Shown here one piece after another: positions 19,475 to 29,410 of a stretch of 64,000 nucleotides of DNA. The position numbers and the translations under genes were made by a program. Under the pieces are notes generated by a model, which made no database searches, had not been told where the DNA came from, and worked only from the letters and a program-made list of their open reading frames with translations. Numbering within the stretch: position 1 is the first letter of the stretch; each line of letters opens with the position of its first letter. The stretch is from Thermoplasmata archaeon (lineage in GTDB: Archaea; Thermoplasmatota; Thermoplasmata; RBG-16-68-12; JAFNFQ01): assembly GCA_041489255.1 (NCBI GenBank), contig JBGPQV010000002.1:160001-224000 (forward strand), read 5' to 3'.

Positions 19475-20071
19475 ATGGCCGAGGAAAAAGGGAAGAAGCA
19501 TGCTGAACCAGCCGCTCCTGCGGCTGAAAAGGCACGGCCAAAGCCGGCGAAGCCAAGCGAGCCACACTCGGCCGATTTCAGGTACATCATCCGGATTGCG
19601 GGCGCCGACCTGGACGGCAACAGGTCCGTCGTCTATGCGCTCACGGGCGTGAAGGGCATGGGCGTGCGCCTCGCGGAGATCGTCGCGGACCTCGCCGAGG
19701 TGCCCCGGAACGTCAAGATCGGAGACCTGCCGGAGGCCAAGGTCACCGAGATAGAGCAGGTCCTCCAGAGCCTCCCCGAATACACACCCCACTGGATCCT
19801 CAACCGCCAGAACGACTGGGAGACGGGAGAGGACCACCACGCATTCGGGTCCGACGTCGACCTCAGAATCAGGGACGACATCAACCTGATGAAGAAGATC
19901 AGGTGCTACAAGGGCATCCGTCACGAGCAGGGCCAGAAGGTCCGCGGCCAGAGGACGAGGTCGAACGGCCGGACCGGACTCACAGTCGGTGTCGTCAAGA
20001 AGCAAGCCATCGCAGCCGCCCAGGAAAAGGCGAAGGAAGAGGGCGGCAGGAAGAAGGAGAAGAAGGAGTGA
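19475..20071 (+). CDS. rps13: 30S ribosomal protein S13
   Basis: FRYIIRIAGADLDG, YKGIRH..GQKVRGQRTRSNGR. Confidence 0.97.
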   Translation: MAEEKGKKHAEPAAPAAEKARPKPAKPSEPHSADFRYIIRIAGADLDGNRSVVYALTGVKGMGVRLAEIVADLAEVPRNVKIGDLPEAKVTEIEQVLQSLPEYTPHWILNRQNDWETGEDHHAFGSDVDLRIRDDINLMKKIRCYKGIRHEQGQKVRGQRTRSNGRTGLTVGVVKKQAIAAAQEKAKEEGGRKKEKKE

Positions 20072-20075
20072 GTGA

Positions 20076-20663
20076 TTGGGCGACCCCAAGTTCTCCAGGA
20101 AGAAGTACGTGAGGCCGTCGAGCCCTTGGGAGGCCGAACGAATCAAGCTGGAGAACGAGCTCCTCAAGAAGTACGGTCTGAAGAACAAGAAGGAGCTGTG
20201 GCGCACGCAGTCTGTCCTGAGGCATTTCAGGCAGAGGGCGAGGATCCTCCAAGCCCTCGTGAGGGCCAGTAACAAACAGGCTGAGAAGGAGAAGGACGAG
20301 CTCATAAGCAAGCTCGGCAAGATGGGGCTGTTGCCTCTCGAAGGCGCTACCTTGGACGATGTCCTGGCACTCGATGTGGAGGCGGTCCTATCCAGGAGGC
20401 TTCAGACTCTCGCATTCGTCAAAGGATTGTCATTCACGCCCCGCCAGGCCAGGCAGTTCATCATCCATGGCCACGTTTCAGTTGGCGGGAGGACCGTCAA
20501 TGTCCCCGGCTACCTTGTGAACAGGGGAGAGGAGCCGACCGTGTCCTATGACGTGCGCTCGCCTATCTCGAGCGACCTGCATCCGGTTAGGCAGGCGCCG
20601 GCGGGAGAGAAGGCCCTCGGCGCGGAGGGTGGAGAAGAGAGCGCAGCTAAGAAGGAGGAGTAG
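20076..20663 (+). CDS. rps4: 30S ribosomal protein S4
   Basis: [38 protein letters not shown]; TTG start. Confidence 0.97.
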   Translation: MGDPKFSRKKYVRPSSPWEAERIKLENELLKKYGLKNKKELWRTQSVLRHFRQRARILQALVRASNKQAEKEKDELISKLGKMGLLPLEGATLDDVLALDVEAVLSRRLQTLAFVKGLSFTPRQARQFIIHGHVSVGGRTVNVPGYLVNRGEEPTVSYDVRSPISSDLHPVRQAPAGEKALGAEGGEESAAKKEE

Positions 20664-20665
20664 GC

Positions 20666-21049
20666 ATGGGCAAGTGGGGGATCGCGCACGTTTTCGCCTC
20701 GTTCAACAACATCATAATCACTCTCACAGACCTCACCGGTTCCGAGACTATCGCAAAGGCGACCGGCGGAATGGTCGTCAAGGCGGCAAGGGATCAAGCG
20801 TCACCCTACGCGGCGATGAAGGCGGCGGAGAGAGTGGCCGACCTCGCGAAGGAGAAGGGCATCGATTCGATACATGTCAGGGTCAGGGCGCCCGGCGGCA
20901 ATAAGTCGCAGTCACCAGGCCCCGGGGCACAGGCCGCGATAAGGGCCCTTGCCCGAGCTGGCCTCAAGATAGGGCGCATCGAGGATGTCACGCCTGTCCC
21001 GCACGACGGCACGAAGCCGAAGGGAGGGCGCAGGGGGCGCAGAATCTAG
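20666..21049 (+). CDS. rps11: 30S ribosomal protein S11
   Basis: [41 protein letters not shown]. Confidence 0.98.
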   Translation: MGKWGIAHVFASFNNIIITLTDLTGSETIAKATGGMVVKAARDQASPYAAMKAAERVADLAKEKGIDSIHVRVRAPGGNKSQSPGPGAQAAIRALARAGLKIGRIEDVTPVPHDGTKPKGGRRGRRI

Positions 21050-21889
21050 ATGAAGATCAAGGTTCTCGAGTCCAAGCCCACGTACATGAAGTTCATCATC
21101 GAGGAGACCGACCCGGCGACCGCCAACGCGATCAGACGGGCTCTGGTGGCAGACATCCCGAAAATGGCGATCGAGGACGTCGAGTTCCACCTGGGGCCGA
21201 TCAGGGGCGAGGACGGCAAGGAATACGAGAGCATCGCCCCTCTCTTCGACGAGATCATCGCTCATCGCCTCGGGCTGATCCCGCTTCCCACAGACCTGAA
21301 GCTTTTCGTGCGGAAGTCCGAGTGCAAGGCGTGCAACGGCGAGGGCTGTCCCTCTTGCACGATCATCTATTCGCTCAACAAGAAGGGGCCGTGCACGGTC
21401 ACTTCGGGCGACCTGGAGCCTATCGGCGATGTCAAGCTGAAGCCGATCGACCAGAACATCCCGATAGTCAAGCTTGGAGAAGGACAGGCGATGCTCGTCT
21501 ATGCAACCGCCGTCTTGGGCACCGCGAAAGAGCACGCGAAGTGGCAGGTGACGTCGGGAGTCGGATACAAGTACTATCCAGTCGTCGATATCGACAACAG
21601 GAAGATGACCCCGGCGAAGGCGCCGGTGGAGGTCTGCCCGGTCAAGATTCTTCACGTCAGGGACAAGAAGGTCGTCGTCGAGGATGAGGAGAAGTGCACT
21701 CTCTGCATGACCTGCGTGGAGAAGTTCGACCCCGGCAGCATCAATGTGCACGGCGACCCGTCCCGCATGATCTTCCATTTCGAGACTGACGGATCGATGA
21801 GCGCGGGCGAGGCGTTGAACACGGCGCTGGACCTCCTGGACAAGAGGTTCACGGACATAGCGGGAAAGGCGGATGCGCTCGTCATATGA
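21050..21889 (+). CDS. rpoD: DNA-directed RNA polymerase subunit D (Rpo3) with FeS-type insertion
   Basis: ANAIRRAL, DEIIAHRLGLIPL, HAKWQ, CP...CTLCMTC, FETDGS. Confidence 0.96.
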   Translation: MKIKVLESKPTYMKFIIEETDPATANAIRRALVADIPKMAIEDVEFHLGPIRGEDGKEYESIAPLFDEIIAHRLGLIPLPTDLKLFVRKSECKACNGEGCPSCTIIYSLNKKGPCTVTSGDLEPIGDVKLKPIDQNIPIVKLGEGQAMLVYATAVLGTAKEHAKWQVTSGVGYKYYPVVDIDNRKMTPAKAPVEVCPVKILHVRDKKVVVEDEEKCTLCMTCVEKFDPGSINVHGDPSRMIFHFETDGSMSAGEALNTALDLLDKRFTDIAGKADALVI

Positions 21890-21935
21890 GCAATTCTCTA
21901 AGAATGCGCATGATTGCCCTGCCAAGGGAATATGC

Positions 21936-24900
21936 CTAGATTGCTTTTCGCCTGGACTTTCTCCGTCTGGAGCCAAGTCCCAGACCTATGCATAGAACGC
22001 TCATCACAACGATCGTGACATCTCCATATTCTGGAACGTAGAGTATGACAACTCGACCTGCAACAATAGCGCCGCCGGGGAACTTCGGAGCTCCTATTGC
22101 GATGCGATAGTAGTCGTCGTTCGCGAACATGCCACCCGCAAGGCACGTGCCAAGAGCCTCGGTGTCCATGCTCCCGCTCTGAGTCTTTGCGGGAGTTGAA
22201 GAGGTGAGCGGCGCGTCGAACACATAGACTGATCCGCGGGCGCTTCCGCCCGCAGCTGCTGCAGGGGCACCGACCGCCACTGCGGGAGGAGAAGATGCTC
22301 CGAAGAACCTCCCTATCAGGACTGACTCCCCGAACCTTTCGCCGGTGCTCTGGTTATGCAGTTCGGCACTCGGTGTCTGACCTGTCGTTATCCCAGTCGC
22401 GGTGGCCAAATAGAGATAGACCTTTCCGTTGTTGCTGCTACTAAGCCCGTTATATGGTGCCCCAATGGCGACATCTTCGTAGCCATCAGCGTTGCTCAGG
22501 TTTCCCACCGCAACAGACTGGCCAAAGTGTTCTGTCTGCGTCGCCGTCCCAAGCAGGTTCGCGTTGGGCCTATGGAAAACCGGGCCCGTCATATAGCTTC
22601 CTTTGAAATAGCTCGCGCGTCCCTGATAGCTGTTGAACGCTGGCTCGCCCACCACTATGTCATAGCTGTTGTCGTTGTCGATTCTTCCAGAGGCGATTGC
22701 GTACCCGAAATTGCCGGTTACGTTCGTGGGAGGCACCAGGTTGAAGTTGGCATTCGTTACGGAGGACGAGAAGGGGCTGAGGAATACGTATGCAGTACCC
22801 GCCCCGGTATTATTATTGGGAGCGCCAATAATCACATCATCGTACGAACTGCCATCAACATTGCCCACGGCGACGGAGAAACCGAACCTCGAGGCTGGTT
22901 GAGCCGTCGAATGGTTCAGCGTGACATCTGCCTGAGTCAACACCCACGCAGGCCATGTCTGTCTTCCGTAGTACACGCAGCTGGAAATCAAGAACGTGGG
23001 GGAATATCGAGTCACCACGGCATCCCAATATCCATCATTGTTGAGCTTGCCAGCGGCGACAGCTTGGCCTAGTCTGAAACTCTTGTAAAGCCCGGGGATA
23101 TTGACATCGGGTGTCGTTTTATTCGCCGTGAGCGGCCCGAAATATATGTATGCGGCACCACCGGTCGTGGCGTTTTTCCCATTATTGTAGGCTCCCGCAA
23201 GCAAGTCAGCATATCCATCGCCATTGAAATCGCCAACTGCCACCGAGTTGCCCAACCACTCAGAGCCACCGCTGTTGGGCCCGGTGTTCTTAACCGTGTA
23301 GTTGACCCACGGATCCACATAGACCGGGAAGGTTGAACTCAATAGGTAGCTCACCGGAACATCGATCGACAGCGTCGGTCCGGATTTATCCCATGTATAC
23401 GGGACCTCCGTTCTTCTGCCGTTCGAATCCCACACGACGGCCGGAGGGATGGAGAAGCTCTCCGCCTGATCGCGCATGAACGAAATCGGCTTCGACGTCG
23501 TGATTTTCTCCTGCGGACCGCTTCCGTTAAGATAGACCATCAGGCTCGGGTCGACCTTCATCAAGAAGCTGAACCTCATCACGCCGTCTGGGAAGGACAA
23601 CAACGAGTCGATCGGGCTATTGATGACGAATTGCTCCTTCAACGATGTCTCACCGATTTGATAGGTTACATCAGTGTCAATCATGGCATAGGCGCCTTCA
23701 TACCTAGCACTGCCCTCCCCCGAAATCAGGGCCGTGGGCGATAATCCAGAGAGAGCGTAGGTATTCTGACCGTCCACGAGATTGATGCTTTCGGGGAGCG
23801 ACCACTCGAGGTAGTTCGAGTCCGCCACGAATCTGACAGTCTTTCCCGGCGACATCTCATTCGGGAAACTGACGCCGTACAGAGTCTCATAGGTCGTATC
23901 GTCCGCGCTCCTGGTCCTGCTTCTCACCGAGCTGACATCGGTCGTGTCGACGACCCTGCTCCAGCTGCTCGATTCGAATGCGACCTGCATCGAGTTGACT
24001 GTGATGCCGCTCAGGCTGAGGCCGATCTCCATGCGCCTCAGGTCATTCTCCGCGGTTGGAGCCCCTGCTTGCGGCAGCCATCGCCCGCCTGACCATCGGT
24101 AATACGCTCTGTTCGTGATCTTCCCGTTGAAACCCCTGATCTCAACCATGTAGTCTGCGCCGGGCAGACCGAGGACAGGATTCCCCTGGCCGTCCTGGGA
24201 GTCCGAATCGATGTAGACGCGGAATACGTCCTCCCCCCTCTTGGGCATCGGGGGCTGCGGCACTGATGGTGCGCCCTGAGATGGGGCGCTCTGCTGACGG
24301 ATCTGGACCGCCGATGTCCCTGTCATGATCGAGCCGCCCACATCGACATAGTAGAACGCGTCCGTCGAAGTCTTGTTCGAGGCGTACCGGCGGATGTCAA
24401 GGTTGGTCGGCCAGACCGCATTCGGATCGATATTGAAAAAGGTCGGATTCCAATCTGCGAAGACGCCGTCTATGCGCCACCCAGCAGGCACCGCTCCAAC
24501 ATATGCCCTCGCGGATTCGCCGAGTATCGTCACTGGCCTGTCAGCGTCGACCCCTGTGACTTCGAGCGTAAGGAAGTCACCGGCATTCGTGCCCTGCGTA
24601 TCGACCCTGATGTCTCTCGTCACGTTCTGCGAAGGGAATACATCCAGGTTCGTAGGTGAGTCGGATATGACCGTCTTCGGGGATTTCGCGAACTGCATCT
24701 GGTTGATATGGACCGGGCTCCCGACGGCCTCGAATGTGACTGTCAGGAGGGTCTCGACGCCCCCGCCATTCAGCGTCACAGGTCCCCCTTCCTGGTGGAC
24801 CAGCAGAGCGCCGAACGACGCGCCCGACTTCGCGACCGTGGTGGATGTGGTCCCCCTGTTGTCGTCGGAAACGATGTCGACCTCGAACTTGGCGGGGTCG

Positions 24901-26612
24901 AACGTGACTCTCGGCGATGCCAGTCTGCCGGCATCGACCTGGAACTCCAGATTCCTGCCTGATGCCGCGCCGATGACGCTGCCGACCCCCGACCACGCTG
25001 ACCAGTTGTCGTTCCCGCCTGGATTGTTGTCGTTGAAGGCCGAGAACGCCGAGATGTTCACGACGCCGTTCGCGCCACTGACCTCGATCATGAAGTCCGC
25101 GCCGAGATCGTGCAGGCGGTAGCCGGTCGTCTTCGAACCATCGCCGTCGATGAAGGCGTAAAAGGAGTCGAAACTTGTGGTGCCGCCTAGGGCTGTCCCT
25201 TCGACCTGCACCAGGAACGACAGCACATTGTCCTTCAGCATGGTCCTGTAGCCCGTGATGTTGACGTTGTCTGCCGGGACATACTGCGTTTGGCTGTAAC
25301 CCGGAACGCCCGACCAATCTGACGAATCGCCGTCAATGTCGATGCCTCCGATGGGTCCGGCATTTGGGGCCATCGGGACGCTGAATACCGTGACTATGAG
25401 AAGAATCGCCGCGATGGCGGGAATAATGCCCAGTTTCCATCTGCGGTACATCATCTCCCGTCTGAAACGCGAGGACCCCAGACCATTGGTGAAACCATTG
25501 CCGTCTGTCAGGCCGTTGGTCATGCCGCGCCTTGCGGCCTGCAAGCCGTTGACCAGCCCGTTGACGCGTCCTGCCCCGGCGACGCCGTTGACCCGCCCTC
25601 CGGCAGCAAGGCCGTTGACCAAGCCATTGACCCTTCCTTCCGTCGGCCTGAGCGCGGGCGGCCTCGTGACCTTCGGTTCAGTAGTGCGGGGCGCCGCCTG
25701 CCTCGGCGGAACCGTCCCCCTCTCCTCTGCCTTCTCCTTCGCGAGCCTCGCGGCCTCGCGCGCCAGGTCCTTTCCCTTCTCCTCGACGCGGGGCAGCAAT
25801 CGGCCCATGTCCGCCTCGACCCTCCAAATATTCATGGGCGCTTTCATCGCCTCGCGCAGACGGCTCACGTCTTCCTTGAAGCCGGGAACCTTGATGCCGT
25901 CCAGAGTCTCCTTCAGCAGGGCAATCTTCGCGACGTTCTGCTCGAACTGGAAGAACACCGTCCTCGCTTTGTAGGGCTCGTTATCTAGGACATGCTCGAG
26001 GGGGGAGACGTCGAAGCCTTGAGCGGCCCAGGCTTGGATCTTCGCGCGGTACTCCCGCGCCTCAGGCGTCATTTCCTCGGGGGTTTCCTCGACGGCGCCG
26101 AGCGTTTCGAGCTCCTCGAGGACCTCGGAGACTTCCTCAGTCGGCTCCTCCTCTTCCGCATGCGGCAGCTCCTCCTTGGCGGGCTTCTCCACGCCGACTT
26201 CCTTGAGCAATTGCTCGACGCTTTCCGGCCGCCCCATTCTCTTCTTGAACTTCTCATCGACCTGCGGACCGATATGCTCGAGGGCATTGCGGAGGGATTC
26301 GGCGGCCTCTTCGTCCCGTCCGAGTCTCCTGAGCACTTCCGCCCTCGCGTTCCATACGCCAGGATGGGCGTAATTGAGGGCGACCACCCGATCCATGCAA
26401 TCCAATGCCTCGTCGTTCCGCCCCATGTCCATCAGAAGCAGCCCGCGGGCGAACCAGACCCTCTCGTTTTTCGGGTCCTTCTCGAGCAGCTTTCTTTGCT
26501 TCTCGAGGATCGCGTCTTCAGGAGTGGACTCCTTCTCAGAAGTCCTGGAGTATTTCTCGGCGAACTCCTTCGTGAAGCGTTTTTCCTTGGGCTTCTCTTC
26601 CTCCTCAGCCAT
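21936..26612 (-). CDS. Giant membrane protein: TPR - NG repeats - TM - extracellular beta domains - FG-GAP propeller - PEF-CTERM-like tail
   Basis: TPR (WFARG..L..MGR.DEAL), central TM, GDFNGDGYADLLAGA-type FG-GAP repeats, C-terminal VPEY + TM + RRRK. Confidence 0.85.
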   Translation of the reverse strand: MAEEEEKPKEKRFTKEFAEKYSRTSEKESTPEDAILEKQRKLLEKDPKNERVWFARGLLLMDMGRNDEALDCMDRVVALNYAHPGVWNARAEVLRRLGRDEEAAESLRNALEHIGPQVDEKFKKRMGRPESVEQLLKEVGVEKPAKEELPHAEEEEPTEEVSEVLEELETLGAVEETPEEMTPEAREYRAKIQAWAAQGFDVSPLEHVLDNEPYKARTVFFQFEQNVAKIALLKETLDGIKVPGFKEDVSRLREAMKAPMNIWRVEADMGRLLPRVEEKGKDLAREAARLAKEKAEERGTVPPRQAAPRTTEPKVTRPPALRPTEGRVNGLVNGLAAGGRVNGVAGAGRVNGLVNGLQAARRGMTNGLTDGNGFTNGLGSSRFRREMMYRRWKLGIIPAIAAILLIVTVFSVPMAPNAGPIGGIDIDGDSSDWSGVPGYSQTQYVPADNVNITGYRTMLKDNVLSFLVQVEGTALGGTTSFDSFYAFIDGDGSKTTGYRLHDLGADFMIEVSGANGVVNISAFSAFNDNNPGGNDNWSAWSGVGSVIGAASGRNLEFQVDAGRLASPRVTFDPAKFEVDIVSDDNRGTTSTTVAKSGASFGALLVHQEGGPVTLNGGGVETLLTVTFEAVGSPVHINQMQFAKSPKTVISDSPTNLDVFPSQNVTRDIRVDTQGTNAGDFLTLEVTGVDADRPVTILGESARAYVGAVPAGWRIDGVFADWNPTFFNIDPNAVWPTNLDIRRYASNKTSTDAFYYVDVGGSIMTGTSAVQIRQQSAPSQGAPSVPQPPMPKRGEDVFRVYIDSDSQDGQGNPVLGLPGADYMVEIRGFNGKITNRAYYRWSGGRWLPQAGAPTAENDLRRMEIGLSLSGITVNSMQVAFESSSWSRVVDTTDVSSVRSRTRSADDTTYETLYGVSFPNEMSPGKTVRFVADSNYLEWSLPESINLVDGQNTYALSGLSPTALISGEGSARYEGAYAMIDTDVTYQIGETSLKEQFVINSPIDSLLSFPDGVMRFSFLMKVDPSLMVYLNGSGPQEKITTSKPISFMRDQAESFSIPPAVVWDSNGRRTEVPYTWDKSGPTLSIDVPVSYLLSSTFPVYVDPWVNYTVKNTGPNSGGSEWLGNSVAVGDFNGDGYADLLAGAYNNGKNATTGGAAYIYFGPLTANKTTPDVNIPGLYKSFRLGQAVAAGKLNNDGYWDAVVTRYSPTFLISSCVYYGRQTWPAWVLTQADVTLNHSTAQPASRFGFSVAVGNVDGSSYDDVIIGAPNNNTGAGTAYVFLSPFSSSVTNANFNLVPPTNVTGNFGYAIASGRIDNDNSYDIVVGEPAFNSYQGRASYFKGSYMTGPVFHRPNANLLGTATQTEHFGQSVAVGNLSNADGYEDVAIGAPYNGLSSSNNGKVYLYLATATGITTGQTPSAELHNQSTGERFGESVLIGRFFGASSPPAVAVGAPAAAAGGSARGSVYVFDAPLTSSTPAKTQSGSMDTEALGTCLAGGMFANDDYYRIAIGAPKFPGGAIVAGRVVILYVPEYGDVTIVVMSVLCIGLGLGSRRRKSRRKAI

Positions 26613-26859
26613 CAGATCGTCTCGCTACGGAAGCCGAGTATCCCTGCGGGGTATATATGGCTTATATGATGTCTGAACAGACATGTGCTGACGACCGCGT
26701 GGCACAGTAGCTCAAACAATTGTCGCGACCGTCACCGGCGGTAACGTCGCGGGAACGCTTGCGTGCGAATGCATATTTCCGGAAATAAGGGTGCCGAGAT
26801 GGCGAATCGCGTGGTTTCGGTGTACAACCCTGCGAATGATTCCTCGGCAGCGAACGGGG

Positions 26860-27078
26860 TCATGCTGCACGCTCCTTTGGTCTTTTCAGGTATGCGGTCC
26901 TCTCCTTGAGACGCAGCTTCCTCGCGGGTGCGTGCGCGGGCGTCTCTGTGTGCTCGAAGTCGAGTGACTCGTGAAGCTTCACCTCGTCGTACCGCCTGAC
27001 CATCTCGTCCAGGCTCTGGAACTCTTTCTTGCCGTCAGGCCGTTCGGTGCGCAGCTCCCGCACAACCGTCCCGAGCAT
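26860..27078 (-). mobile_element. Degraded IS481-like transposase C-terminal fragment
   Basis: FQSLDEMVRRYDEVKLHESLDFEHTETPAHA resembles the F.SL.E....YN..RPH.SL.....TPA.A end of rve-type IS481 transposases; the DDE core is missing. Confidence 0.6.
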
Positions 27079-27112
27079 CCTTTTAGCCTAACCGTTTGCA
27101 TCAGCGAACTGG

Positions 27113-27244
27113 ATGATGGCGGCGGTGGAGAAGAACAGCGAGTCGGCGAAGGTCTTCCAGCGCCTCCGGAGCAAGATCAGGCAGGCGGGGGATCAGACGG
27201 ATGAGAAGCCGCTGCCTGTCCCGGTCCAGGAAGCGACGCAGTAG
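27113..27244 (+). CDS. 43-aa ORF, probably the 3' remnant of a longer gene
   Basis: MMAAVEKNSESAKVFQRLRSKIRQ...; GC-rich third codon positions; followed by a terminator-like hairpin. Confidence 0.4.
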   Translation: MMAAVEKNSESAKVFQRLRSKIRQAGDQTDEKPLPVPVQEATQ

Positions 27245-27279
27245 TCTCCATTGGCGGTTGCGAAGCCATGTTTCCCTAA

Positions 27280-27318
27280 GCCCCCCGCCAAAGGGGGGCA
27301 TTTTTCTTTTTCCTTTTC
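27280..27318 (+). terminator. Hairpin plus T-tract terminator
   Basis: GCCCCCC-GCCAAA-GGGGGGC followed by ATTTTTCTTTTTCCTTTTC. Confidence 0.7.
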
Positions 27319-27550
27319 ATTCGAGGGATTCCTCTGTTGATTCTTTCCCGCCGCGAACAAGACCGGTCCTTCTGCAAGATTGTGGCAGATTCGGAAGAGC
27401 ATCTGCCAGCTCATTGGAATCTGCGTCTCAGCGATCCGCTTCCAGTCTCGGTCGACCCTCGCGGACCTCGAGAACACCCGACCGAATCTCCGTCCGCTCT
27501 GATCCCGTGTCCAAACGGTCCCGACGGATAGCGAGAAGACCCGAACGCAC

Positions 27551-27947
27551 CTCCAGCCGGTCCAATCCCTTATCCAGCCGGTCCAAGGCGAGTCCCAGAA
27601 AGTTGTCTGGAACCGCCAGACAGTCTTCTGACGGCTCCAGACGGTCCGCTGGAACCGCCAGACAGTCCGAAGCGAGTCCCAGACAGTTTTCTGGAAGCGC
27701 CAGAAGGCCTTTACCCCCCTCTGACAGCCCTCCGCGACCGCCAGAAAGTTGTCTGGAAGTCCCAGACAGTCGTCTGGAGGCATCAGACGGTCGTCTGGAG
27801 GTCCCAGAAGGTTGTCTGGCAGGTGATTCGGATCGTCCGGACCCCCATTCGGACCTCTGAAGGCCCAAAATGGTCGTCTAGGAACGCGAGACATCCTTCT
27901 GGAGGTCCCAGAAGGTTGTCTGGAAGCCCCAGAAAGTTGTCTGGAAG
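27551..27947. repeat. Degenerate 21-bp tandem repeat array (about 19 units), internally palindromic
   Basis: Consensus (T/C)CCCAGAAAGTTGTCTGGAAG with CCAGA/TCTGG inverted arms. Confidence 0.9.
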
Positions 27948-28389
27948 TGGGTTTTGACTGTTTTCAGGCAGCCATGGAATACGTGGAAGACCGTGCGGGG
28001 CGTCTGGCAAGTACGGCAAATCCTCCGATTGCGTCTTCAAAGAATATAGAGGGACGTGACGGTCATCCAAGAGCTTCTCCATCGGTGTCAAGGCGTTCCG
28101 CTATCCAGCTGGTTCCTGCGTTCTCCATCCACAGGACACATCACATTCGCCTCTGAGGACTTATTTCGGGTCAGAACTTGGTGATCGAGTGCACAGACTT
28201 GAGCCCGTTTTCATCGTGTCTATCATCCGTGCGACCCACCACTGCGCCAACCGAGACATGGGGGGCATTGCGATTTCTCCGATGAGGTAATCACTGTGTT
28301 TGACGTTGTCGCGATTTTGGCGAAGGCTTATGAATCGACATGGCGGTAGGCACGGTCGGTTGAACACCGACGCAACCGGTGCTGTGAGA

Positions 28390-29028
28390 ATGCGGTTTCC
28401 TAAGATATACGCCAAGTGGGGACTCTGGACCATGCTTATCATCTCGCTGATCTGGAATGTTTCGATGGTTCTCGCCCCCATGACCATTCCGCCTGGAACC
28501 GTCAGCGGCTTGTACGGCGGGGCGAACCGCCTGGACTACGGCGACCTGTGGTCGACCTTGCCGCCAGCCCAGGGCACGGTCTACATGCTCGGCGACATCG
28601 AATGCCACCAGATAGCTTCAAGGACGATATATGTCAACGGCAACGAGATGCCCGTCTGCGCGAGGGATGCCTCCCTGTTCCTGTTCCTCAGCTTCGGTTT
28701 CCTGATGGCGGCGGTCGTGAAGCCCGACATCTCCATCAGCAGGATGATCCTCCGATTCCTGCCGGCCAGGATGCGCGGCCGCCTGGAGAAAGGCATGAGG
28801 CCTCTGTTCTTCACGTTGTTTCTTGCATTCATTTGCCTCGCGCCAATCGCCCTGGATGGCGGGCTCCAGCTTGTGACTTCCTACGAGAGCACGAACGCGC
28901 TGAGGTTCATCACGGGCTTTCCCGCGGGCATCTTCTTCGGGCTGATCATCGGACTGATGATCCAGAGCCTGCAGCTGCCGATGGCGTCTAGGAGAGCGCC
29001 AGTTCTAGAAGCGCCGCCGCCGAGCTAG
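28390..29028 (+). CDS. DUF2085 domain membrane protein
   Basis: CHQIASR...GNEMPVCARD, DGGLQLVTSYESTNALRFITG. Confidence 0.88.
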   Translation: MRFPKIYAKWGLWTMLIISLIWNVSMVLAPMTIPPGTVSGLYGGANRLDYGDLWSTLPPAQGTVYMLGDIECHQIASRTIYVNGNEMPVCARDASLFLFLSFGFLMAAVVKPDISISRMILRFLPARMRGRLEKGMRPLFFTLFLAFICLAPIALDGGLQLVTSYESTNALRFITGFPAGIFFGLIIGLMIQSLQLPMASRRAPVLEAPPPS

Positions 29029-29410
29029 AAGACGGATTCGTGGTTCGGGGCTGGCACGCCAGACCTCGGGAGCAAGACTTCCGACTAGTGTTCAGAGCAG
29101 CCGGATTCGACGATTTCGGATTATTGACAATTAGTGTGACGCTGGTCCTCATCTTCGGGCCATGTGGTGCCATTCTGAAAATCCAATCCCATCTATTTCC
29201 GACGGCTGAACAGAGCCAGTCTCACGATCCGCGAGATGGAATCGGTATTGTGGTGGCGGCAGCTCGGTCGTCGCCCTCGGGCAGACCGCCTTCGGCAGTA
29301 GTTATTTATATGCGACATGGCCGTGATATACCGAAACACGCTTTCATCAGCAGTGGAGGCGCGGATGTTTCATGATGCTCAAGGGAGGAGGCTCAACGAG
29401 GGGCGACCAC

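Noticed and set aside
26698-26796. tRNA-like sequence (GGCACAGTAGCTCAA...)
   Set aside because: No T-arm consensus or cloverleaf
27551-27947. CRISPR array
   Set aside because: The units are contiguous and degenerate with no unique spacers, and there are no cas genes in the window
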